A DNA stretch of 9,967 bases from Fonticula alba ATCC 38817. Lineage: Eukaryota; Protista; Nucleariida. The notes beneath the pieces were generated by a model, which saw nothing but the letters and a program-made list of their open reading frames with translations, searched no databases and had not been told where the DNA came from. Positions 1 through 8,132 of the stretch are shown here, piece after piece. The stretch is taken from NCBI GenBank assembly GCA_000388065.2, contig KB932206.1. One strand, given 5' to 3'. The translations under genes were made by a program, and so were the position numbers. Within the stretch, counting starts at the first letter, position 1; every line of letters begins with the position of its first letter.

Positions 1-25
1 CTCCCCCTCTTGCGCCGTCACCCAG

Positions 26-124
26 GCCAAGCGCACCTTCCCCGAGGGCCTCATCGACCCGTCGATCATGGCCTTCGCCTCGGTCCCGGGTGTCGCCGCC
101 GCCGCCGAGGACATCGAGGAGTAA
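26..124 (+). CDS. Probable terminal coding exon of an unidentified gene that begins upstream of the window (AKRTFPEGLIDPSIMAFASVPGVAAAAEDIEE*)
   Basis: Pyrimidine-rich tract ending in CAG (23-25), then 32 codons with the C/G-ending bias seen in actin and TIM50 (gcc aag cgc acc ttc ccc gag ggc ctc atc), ending in TAA at 122-124 and followed by CA-rich non-coding sequence. GTAAGA at 121-126 could instead be a donor, in which case the exon is internal. Family not recognised. Confidence 0.55.
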   Translation, partial: AKRTFPEGLIDPSIMAFASVPGVAAAAEDIEE

Positions 125-218
125 GAGAACTCCCGACACAGACACACACACGCAGACACACACATCGCTTGGGCCCTCCTCTCCCCCTTTTCACCCCCTC
201 ACATGCACACAGATATGG

Positions 219-293
219 ACACATGAACGCACGCGCACGCCTCCCCCCCCCCTCCCAGGGGGGGAATGTGTTTGTGCGCGTGCGTGCATGTGT
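219..293. repeat. Inverted repeat: 20-bp arms (219-238 / 274-293), 19/20 complementary
   Basis: acacatgaacgcacgcgcac pairs with gtgcgcgtgcgtgcatgtgt, with a single A226-G286 mismatch. The 35-nt spacer contains C and G runs that can also pair. Confidence 0.8.
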
Positions 294-1124
294 GCCCGCC
301 CCGGCCACTTGCCTGTCCTTCGCACACCCACACATACAAGCATGCGCCCGCGCACGCACCCCCTCCCCTCTGCTCTTTCCCCCTCTCTCTCTCTCTGCTG
401 GCCCATGTCCAGTGCGAGGGCGGGGAGTGCGCGCCGCCCGCCTGCGCGCGCAAAGTGGCGTCCTAGAGGAGGGGCCGAGATCCCGTTCTTCAGTAGAATA
501 CACTTGTAATAGTACACGAAGGAAGAGTGCGTCCGTGTATCCGTGAGGATATCCCGGGAAGGAGGGGGGAGAGCAACGCACGCACGCCCACACGCGGGTT
601 GGGTACGGGTGGCCAACGGCCGATGCTTGCTCCGCACACACTCGCCTGCCTTTGTGGAGGGTGTGCGAGTCGGATGGCCATCTCTATCTTGGCGGCTGGA
701 CGAAACTGTGAGGCCTAGGAAAGGCCGGCAAGGGGCGGGGGGAGGGGGGCGACCTGCAGGCGCAGCGAGAGGTCTCTGCCGCGGAATGCTCCGGGGCAGG
801 CTAAAGCACCGCATACACCCTATCCGGGGGAGCTGCGGGGCGGCGAAACAGCCGGAAGACCGAGGGGCTGGCACGGGGCGCTGGGGCCTGCATGCTCCCA
901 AGTCCGGACAGCCGGCGAGGGGGCACAGGCGCTGGCCAACAATAACCAGGGAGAGGAGCGAGGGATGAAAGGCACGCCCCTTCGGTCGTCCCACAAGCGG
1001 CAGGCGGACGGGCGGCAGGCGGCTCCCTGACAGTGGACGACGGAAGGGCTGAGACCCATCGACAAGCGGCCGGGGAAGATCTCTCCCGGTGGGGAATCCG
1101 GGCGGGGGGGGGGGGGGGGGGGGG

Positions 1125-1477
1125 NNNNNNNNNNNNNNNNNNNNNNNNNNNNNNNNNNNNNNNNNNNNNNNNNNNNNNNNNNNNNNNNNNNNNNNNNNNN
1201 NNNNNNNNNNNNNNNNNNNNNNNNNNNNNNNNNNNNNNNNNNNNNNNNNNNNNNNNNNNNNNNNNNNNNNNNNNNNNNNNNNNNNNNNNNNNNNNNNNNN
1301 NNNNNNNNNNNNNNNNNNNNNNNNNNNNNNNNNNNNNNNNNNNNNNNNNNNNNNNNNNNNNNNNNNNNNNNNNNNNNNNNNNNNNNNNNNNNNNNNNNNN
1401 NNNNNNNNNNNNNNNNNNNNNNNNNNNNNNNNNNNNNNNNNNNNNNNNNNNNNNNNNNNNNNNNNNNNNNNNNNNNN
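1125..1477. other. Assembly gap (353 N), preceded by a 21-nt poly-G run (1104-1124)
   Basis: N run in the sequence. Confidence 0.99.
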
Positions 1478-3273
1478 GGCGTGCTTGCGTGGCGGCGGCA
1501 TCGGCCAGGTGAGCGGGGCCGGGCTCCGATGGTTATCAAAAATCGTGGCACCAACCCCATGCGATTTTCATTTGGCTCATTCTTCCCTCATCCTCCCCCG
1601 GGGGGGGGGGCGAGGGGGAGGGGGGGGGGCGTGCGTCCGCAGCGCCAGGCCGGCGCCCGGTGATTGGAGCGGGCGGCAGAAATAGCGGCCCCTAAAAGGG
1701 GCTCTGCAATGGGCCTCTTGGTGGGGCACGACGCAGGGCGTGTGCCGGGGGGGGGGGGGGGGGGGGGGCGGCCCGGGCCGGAGGGGGGGGGGGGGGGGAG
1801 CGTGGCCGGTCGTTGGGCCGCCGGGCCTGTCTGCCAAGCGGCGGCGCGGGGGCGAAGAAGGTGGGAGAGAAAAGGCGAGTTGAGCCGTGCCGCACGTCCT
1901 CCCGGCCGTCGGAACATCAGGCGCCGCCGAGGGCGCGGCCTCAGCATGCGTCTTTGACATGTAATGACAATGGCCCGAAAAAGACAGAAGGACAGGCGGA
2001 CAGGCGGACAGACAGACGAACAGACGGACAAAGGAAGAGAAATGAGCAAGGCAAGGGCGTGAGAGAGGGAGGGGCCCCCTTCGGGGGGGCCTTCGCCCGC
2101 CTTCCGGTCTTCGCGCACCCTCGCTCCTGCCGGGAGGGGCCCCGGGAAGGGCTCATGGGGTCGGGCAGCGCGCTGGCCGGCCTCTGAAACATCCTGGCTG
2201 GCCGGTCCTCGCCGTGCCCCCCCCCCCCCCCCTCCCCCAGTGGGCACGGTGAACGGGCGGCGAGCAGCTGGTGACGAGGCACAAGGGGGATATGTTCGGG
2301 CGAAATAATAAAAAACAATAATTATGGCTCGCCCAGGGAGGGGGCATCTTGGGCCGGCGTTTTCCCCTGAGTGTAGATGCGCGGAGCCGTCCACACCCGC
2401 CTCCGATGAGCGGCAGGGGGGCCGGGGGAGGGGGGGTTGGGATCGGATTTCGGGTGGGGAGGCGGCGGCCGGCCTCCGGGCAAACGGCGTGCGCGCTTGT
2501 CCCTGCCGGCGGGCTGCCCTGGTGCGGGGGCGGGCGCGAAGGCGCACCTACACACGCTGGTGCAGACGCCGCGCAAACGGCCCAGTCGCCGGGTTCGATC
2601 GCCGGGGCCGGGGGTGGGGCGCCCGCAAACGTGCCCCGGGAGGGGCCGCGAGGGGCGCCCCCCGGCGGGGGGGGGGGGCACCGGCGGCCGGGGGCACACA
2701 CGCCAGGGCGCAATGTCTCTCCAGCCTCGCTCTTCGCTGATTGGTCAGGGGGGAAAATTGCCGCGCCTGCCGGCGCCATCCGCAGCCTCGTCTCGCCGCG
2801 GGCTCGGGCTGGCGGGGCCCGGGCGGCGCGAGCTGGCTCGCAGGGGGGGCGCGAATTCCACCTCCTTCTCGCATTCTCCACTGTGTTTGTGCGCGCTCTG
2901 GCGGCGTGGATTTCCGGGTGTTTTTTTTCTTCGGCCTCCTCAAGGCCGCCGGCCTGGCGGCCCCGAGGGCGGCGCACACCGGGGGGGGCCAGGGGCGACA
3001 AGGCGGCTTTAGCACGTCGAGAGGCCGCGCCCGGCGCGTTACCCCCCTCGGACGCCGCCCATCCTCCCGGGGGGGGGGGGGGGACTGTCGCGAGGGGCGC
3101 CGCGCCTGGGAGCTGGCCCGGGCCGGGGGGAATGTCGATCGCCTCTCGGGCGCCCGATGGGAGGTATGCCGCCCCGGCCGGCCAGCCGGGGACCGCAACC
3201 GGCGTCTCGGAGGAAAGTATGCGCGGCGCTCATTTTCCTCGCCCCCCCGCCCGGTCATGTCTCGGTTCCGCCC

Positions 3274-3559
3274 NNNNNNNNNNNNNNNNNNNNNNNNNNN
3301 NNNNNNNNNNNNNNNNNNNNNNNNNNNNNNNNNNNNNNNNNNNNNNNNNNNNNNNNNNNNNNNNNNNNNNNNNNNNNNNNNNNNNNNNNNNNNNNNNNNN
3401 NNNNNNNNNNNNNNNNNNNNNNNNNNNNNNNNNNNNNNNNNNNNNNNNNNNNNNNNNNNNNNNNNNNNNNNNNNNNNNNNNNNNNNNNNNNNNNNNNNNN
3501 NNNNNNNNNNNNNNNNNNNNNNNNNNNNNNNNNNNNNNNNNNNNNNNNNNNNNNNNNNN
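3274..3559. other. Assembly gap (286 N), followed by a 15-nt poly-C run (3560-3574)
   Basis: N run in the sequence. Confidence 0.99.
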
Positions 3560-4075
3560 CCCCCCCCCCCCCCCAGGGCATGCGCCATTGACGAGCGCAC
3601 TCCCCCCTCCTCTCCAAGGAGGGGCCGCCCCCCGGGCGACACCCATGCCCGAGGGCCAACATCCCCGGGAGGCCCTCGTGCTGCCCGAGGGCGCCCGCTG
3701 ATGACGACCGCGGGCCGGGCGCGCCTCCGATTGCTCGACTCCCGGCCCCGGTGCGGCGGCCAACAGCAAGTTCCCCCCCTGCTCCCGGGGGTGCCTTTTT
3801 TCCTGGGCGCCGGCCGGTCCCCGTGTGACGCCAGCTCTCTGTGGTGGGGGGGAGTCTGTGTGGGTGGTCCTCCCATGCCCCGGGCGCGAGAGGGGGGGGG
3901 GGGGAGAGAGCTGGCTGCAGCCCCCCCCCCGGCCTCCAGTCTCGGGGCGATGCGCCGCCCGTGTGCGAGGGGGGGGGGACCCTGTCGGGCACCGTCCCTC
4001 CCGTGGCGTGCCCTCTCCCGGGGGCGCGGGCAACACCGGTGGGGGCGGCCGCGCCGCACCGGGGGTGGGGGGGGG

Positions 4076-4082
4076 TATAAAA
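4076..4082 (+). promoter_or_regulatory. TATA box (TATAAAA) of the actin gene
   Basis: Canonical TATAAAA in very GC-rich flanks, 131 nt upstream of the actin ATG. It is followed by a pyrimidine-rich putative 5'UTR and a caagATG start context. Confidence 0.75.
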
Positions 4083-4206
4083 GGGCCGCCGGCTCCGGCC
4101 GACTACCAAGTTGAGAGCACCCCACTTTTTCCAACCAGCTACTCTCGTACTGGTTCTTCCCCTCCCCTTCGCTCGCAACTTTCGCGCTTCCCCCCCCCTT
4201 CCCAAG

Positions 4207-4307
4207 ATGTCCGACGATATTGTTCCCCTTGTCATCGACAACGGCTCCGGCATGTGCAAGGCCGGCTTCGCCGGTGACGACGCCCCCCGCGCCGTCTTCC
4301 CTTCCAT
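4207..4307 (+). CDS. ACT: Actin (conventional), 5' part, aa 1-34, truncated by gap
   Basis: Translates [33 protein letters not shown](I), the actin N-terminal phosphate-loop signature [23 protein letters not shown]. Confidence 0.97.
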
Positions 4308-5168
4308 NNNNNNNNNNNNNNNNNNNNNNNNNNNNNNNNNNNNNNNNNNNNNNNNNNNNNNNNNNNNNNNNNNNNNNNNNNNNNNNNNNNNNNNNNNNNN
4401 NNNNNNNNNNNNNNNNNNNNNNNNNNNNNNNNNNNNNNNNNNNNNNNNNNNNNNNNNNNNNNNNNNNNNNNNNNNNNNNNNNNNNNNNNNNNNNNNNNNN
4501 NNNNNNNNNNNNNNNNNNNNNNNNNNNNNNNNNNNNNNNNNNNNNNNNNNNNNNNNNNNNNNNNNNNNNNNNNNNNNNNNNNNNNNNNNNNNNNNNNNNN
4601 NNNNNNNNNNNNNNNNNNNNNNNNNNNNNNNNNNNNNNNNNNNNNNNNNNNNNNNNNNNNNNNNNNNNNNNNNNNNNNNNNNNNNNNNNNNNNNNNNNNN
4701 NNNNNNNNNNNNNNNNNNNNNNNNNNNNNNNNNNNNNNNNNNNNNNNNNNNNNNNNNNNNNNNNNNNNNNNNNNNNNNNNNNNNNNNNNNNNNNNNNNNN
4801 NNNNNNNNNNNNNNNNNNNNNNNNNNNNNNNNNNNNNNNNNNNNNNNNNNNNNNNNNNNNNNNNNNNNNNNNNNNNNNNNNNNNNNNNNNNNNNNNNNNN
4901 NNNNNNNNNNNNNNNNNNNNNNNNNNNNNNNNNNNNNNNNNNNNNNNNNNNNNNNNNNNNNNNNNNNNNNNNNNNNNNNNNNNNNNNNNNNNNNNNNNNN
5001 NNNNNNNNNNNNNNNNNNNNNNNNNNNNNNNNNNNNNNNNNNNNNNNNNNNNNNNNNNNNNNNNNNNNNNNNNNNNNNNNNNNNNNNNNNNNNNNNNNNN
5101 NNNNNNNNNNNNNNNNNNNNNNNNNNNNNNNNNNNNNNNNNNNNNNNNNNNNNNNNNNNNNNNNNNNC
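4308..5168. other. Assembly gap (861 N) interrupting actin CDS
   Basis: N run starts within actin codon 34. Confidence 0.99.
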
Positions 5169-5233
5169 CCCTTTGTCGGAGCCACCCCATGTCTGCAAGG
5201 CAGAGGGGGGCGCGCCCCATACGCGCCAGGCCC
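5169..5233 (+). repeat. 65-bp exact direct repeat, copy 1 (identical to 9903-9967); start of the post-gap contig
   Basis: ccctttgtcggagccaccccatgtctgcaaggcagaggggggcgcgccccatacgcgccaggccc matches 9903-9967 base for base. Confidence 0.97.
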
Positions 5234-6013
5234 TCCCCGCCAGAGATCCTTCATGCTGGGTTTCCCCCCACCCCCGGGCGCCGCACTCGACAGGCGCCAA
5301 GAGGCGTGTTCCCCCGAGCACGAGGCGCCCCGGGGAGCGTGCATGCACTAGCGCGCGCGCGCGCTCGCATGGTGTCGGGCCCGTGGTGGTGCGGGGCGGC
5401 CGCGCCGGACGAGGCCATGTTCTGTCCTGCGCGGTGGGGGCTCCCCTCCCGGAGGAGAGGGGTGATAGCCCGTCCCGGTGCCGGTTCGTTGTCCTTGCAA
5501 TCGCGGCATGCGGCTGGCCGGACGCTCCCCCGGTAGCTTGCGCCCGCTGCCACGGCGCCGGCACGTTTCGTCCCCGCCCGTGCGAGGCAGATGCCCCGCC
5601 CGACGGGCACTTGGGGCGGCGGACCGTTCTGGCCGCTTTCTCCCCCTCCCCTCCCCCCAAATCCCCGGGCCAGGGGCATCACACTCGCCGGGAAGCCGCC
5701 CCCCCCCCCCCCCCCCCCCCCGGCTTGAGTGCGCGCTGCCCGGGGTAGAGGGGGCTGCCCTTGCCGGGGAAATGCGCCTGACGAAGGCAGGACACAGGGG
5801 CGAGGACGTGGGGGCAGGCCGCCGCGCGAGCCCCACCACGGGCGGATGCTCGCCGGGTCCCCGGGCGCGGGGTCCTCGCGCCGTCGACCCCCTCCCCTCC
5901 GTGCAGGCTCCTCTCGGGAATGAAGAAGGCAAATGACGGACGCTCGCTCACATCGGGGGGGGGGGGGGGGTGTTTCGCAAACGCTCCGCCCTTCCCCCCT
6001 CGCCCGAGCCTTC

Positions 6014-6029
6014 GAGAGAGAGAGAGAGA
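6014..6029 (+). repeat. (GA)8 microsatellite
   Basis: Direct reading. Confidence 0.85.
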
Positions 6030-6680
6030 TGCCGGCCCCCCTGGCGCAAGAGAGCCAGCTGATCAGGCGGGCGTTCTGCCCATTCATGGCTACGCGGATC
6101 AATTACCCCCGAGGAGCACCGTGGGGCCGTGTCGCGAGGCGCCCGGCAGGGTTGCGCGATCACGAGACCCAGGACAAAATACACACGTGGTTCAGCATTG
6201 CGCCGCGAAGCCGGACCAGCTCCCTGGCATGTGGTCGACCCGTCGGGCCACACCTTCCCCGGAGGGCGGGGCGGGCGGGGGGCAGGCAAGGGCGGTGGTG
6301 TGCCGAACAAGTCATTTATGCCCCCCTCCCTGCCGGCTGGCGCCCCTCTGGGACTTGTCTGCAAGACCAGAAGCCGCGGTATCGGGCCCGGTGCGCGTGT
6401 CGCGGCGGCTCGTGTCCATCTGGCTCCTTCTTCGCGGGCCAGCGACCCCCCCCCCCCCCCCCTCACAGGCGGGGAGGGGGGTCGCGTGCGCAACGCGCGC
6501 GCGCGTTTTCCCTCCCTCTCCAGTGCTGGACAGTCCTTGTGGGGGGTTTCGTGACAGATTGATGTGCCTCGGCGTCGTCTCCCCGGCAGGACACCTCCTG
6601 CTCGCCTGCATCCCCCTCCCCTCCCCTTTCTTGCTCTCCTCCCCCCTCCCCCCTCCCACACAGCTCCCACAGCAAGTACC

Positions 6681-6731
6681 CCCTTCGCTCCTGCCCTTCG
6701 CTCCTGCCCTTCGCCCCTGCCCTTTGCCCTG
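6681..6731 (+). repeat. 13-bp tandem repeat, about 4 degenerate copies (CCCTTCGCTCCTG)
   Basis: Units are cccttcgctcctg / cccttcgctcctg / cccttcgcccctg / ccctttgccctg. Confidence 0.85.
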
Positions 6732-6792
6732 TCCCCCGTCATTCCTGCCAGGCTCCTTCCTAACACAGCCGCCAACACCCGCGCGCTCCGAT

Positions 6793-6840
6793 TCTCTCTC
6801 TCTCTCTCTCTCTCTCTCCCTCCCTCCCTCCCTCCCTCCC
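6793..6840 (+). repeat. Compound microsatellite (TC)13 merging into (TCCC)6, upstream of TIM50
   Basis: Direct reading. Confidence 0.9.
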
Positions 6841-6902
6841 TCGCTTTCGTTCTCCTCTTGCCCAGGCGCTGGGTTTGCCGCCGCCGCCGGACGCTCCCCG
6901 AG

Positions 6903-7972
6903 ATGGCTTCCCTTTTCTGCCGCCGCTACGCGCAGGCGCTGCTGCGCCGCAATGCCCCCAACCGGGCGTACTCCACTGCCGGGCCCAACACTCCGGCCGG
7001 CCCGACCGGCACCGCTGGCGCCACTGCTCCGCCTCCGCCGGCCGCTGGTACCGGCGCTGCTGGCGCCGCTGCCCCGCCTCCCCCCTCCGGTGCCGCGGCC
7101 GCGGCCGCTGACGTCGGCGCCGGTGCCGCTTCGAAGAAGCCCTCGACCGGCCTCTTCGAGTTCCCCTCCATCGCCGAGGCTGATGCCCTGGCCAAGCAGC
7201 AGGCCATCGAGAAGGCCGCCCGCGCGGCCAAGAACAAGAACAGCACCGCACTGAAGGTGACCAAGGTCTTCTTCCTTGGTATGACCATCCTGCTCACGGC
7301 CCAGGTGGCCGACCTCTTCGGTATGTCCCACGCGTGGCGAGACCACGCCACCGCCATGCCACCGCCATGTCACCGCCCTCCCCCGCCCCCCCCCCCCCAC
7401 CTTGCGCCGTTTGTTGACCAGCTCCCGGGCTGTTTGCTGATTCTTCCTCCCCCCGCCCCCCTCCTTATCCCCGTGTCTCCCAGTGTCTGAGAAGACCACG
7501 ATGATTGACGAGATCATCGGCTTCCGCAATGGCGCCCCCCCCTCCAAGGGTGCGTCTCTCCCTCCCCTCCTTTTGCTCCTGCCCCTCGGCATGGCAATGC
7601 GCGCACCAGCCCGGGGCCCCCCTCCATCCGTGGATATGATCCACTCACATTCTCACCACACCCACACACCCACACAGACCCTGTCACCTTCTCCAACGAT
7701 GGCACTCCCCTGCCCCCCCCGCTCCTCCCGATGAAGGAGCGCGTGAGCAACCGCTTCAACGGTCTGATCCACGTGCGCCCTGTGTCACCCCGCCTCCCTG
7801 GCCGCCTCGCCGCCTCTCGCTCTGTCGCTTGTGCTCCTGACACCCGGCCCCGTAGTACTTCAACGACCCCCTGCAGGGCAACCTCCTGCCTGACCTGCCG
7901 CCCCCGGAGTACGCTCGCCCGTACACCCTTCTGGTGGAGCTGAAGGACCTGCTCATCCACTCGGAGTATACC
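6903..7972 (+). CDS. TIM50: Mitochondrial import inner membrane translocase subunit TIM50, partial (exons 6903-7320, 7484-7549, 7678-7772, 7856-7972; 232 codons; 3' part not present)
   Basis: The four exons (418+66+95+117 = 696 nt) join in frame across GT-AG introns. The protein has an Arg-rich, acid-free presequence with R-x-Y|S motif (MASLFCRRYAQALLRRNAPNRAY|S), one hydrophobic segment (VFFLGMTILLTAQVADLFV), then YFNDPLQGNLLPDLPPPEYARPYTLLVELKDLLIHSEYT. As I recall it, this matches the Tim50 core start (yeast-type [38 protein letters not shown]). Confidence 0.9.
7321..7483 (+). other. TIM50 intron 1 (163 nt, phase 1)
   Basis: GTATGT donor, CTGAT branch-like motif near 7436-7440, pyrimidine tract and CAG acceptor. 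Splicing removes the in-frame TGA at 7488-7490 from the reading frame. Confidence 0.8.
7550..7677 (+). other. TIM50 intron 2 (128 nt, phase 1)
   Basis: GTGCGT donor and CAG acceptor; the frame is preserved (G+AC = Asp). Confidence 0.7.
7773..7855 (+). other. TIM50 intron 3 (83 nt, phase 0)
   Basis: GTGCGC donor, CTGAC branch motif at about 7838-7842, and TAG acceptor directly before the conserved YFND. Confidence 0.8.
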
Positions 7973-8132
7973 GTGCGTGTACCGCATGGCCGCGCAGCTG
8001 CTCTTGCGCCGTCTCACATGTGGATGCCTCGCCTGCCTGCCTTCCCTTTGCTGCCTCTTTTCACCCCTGCCATCACACTCACCCCCCCTGTTCCTGGCCC
8101 GAAATCCTGGCCACTTCCTGCGCTCCTCCCCC
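7973..8132 (+). other. TIM50 intron 4, partial (runs into gap)
   Basis: GTGCGT donor right after HSEYT, followed by pyrimidine-rich non-coding sequence. The expected GWR..KRPG continuation of Tim50 is not seen before the gap. Confidence 0.7.

Noticed and set aside
1495-1560. Sm-site-like GATTTTTGA on the minus strand followed by a weak stem
   Set aside because: No U1/U2/U4/U5 hallmark sequence nearby, the stem is only 6 bp, and the region abuts a gap.
2073-2091. C(UUCG)G tetraloop hairpin
   Set aside because: The stem is only C/G homopolymer pairing, which is expected by chance here.
2558-2606. tRNA-like A box (TGGTGCAGAC) and B box (GGTTCGATC)
   Set aside because: Spacing of 36 nt is too short, the T-arm closing pair is G-G, and no acceptor or anticodon stems can be drawn.
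1660-2746. Reverse CCAAT boxes (ATTGG near 1663, 2740; also near 9804) and E2F-like TTTCGCGC at 4180-4187
   Set aside because: Short motifs with no consistent position relative to a supported TSS.
4147-4206. Possible actin 5'UTR intron (GTACTG...AAG before ATG)
   Set aside because: Weak donor, non-YAG acceptor and no branch motif; caagATG is adequately explained as start-codon context.
2153-5748. Very long ORFs of 280-890 aa on both strands (e.g. 2548-5220, 3255-5660, 2349-3701, 2741-4114)
   Set aside because: Arg/Gly/Pro/Ala-rich translations of GC-rich DNA with N read-through. They overlap in all frames and contain no recognisable domains.
5920-6063. Box C-like ATGAAGA and box D CTGA suggesting a C/D snoRNA
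   Set aside because: Imperfect C box, no terminal stem, interior contains poly-G and (GA)n, and no recognisable rRNA guide.
5920-7592. ORFs 5920-7254 (+), 6312-7592 (-), 6760-7251 (-), 6926-7357 (-)
   Set aside because: Shadow frames and antisense of TIM50 exon 1 and its repeat-rich leader.
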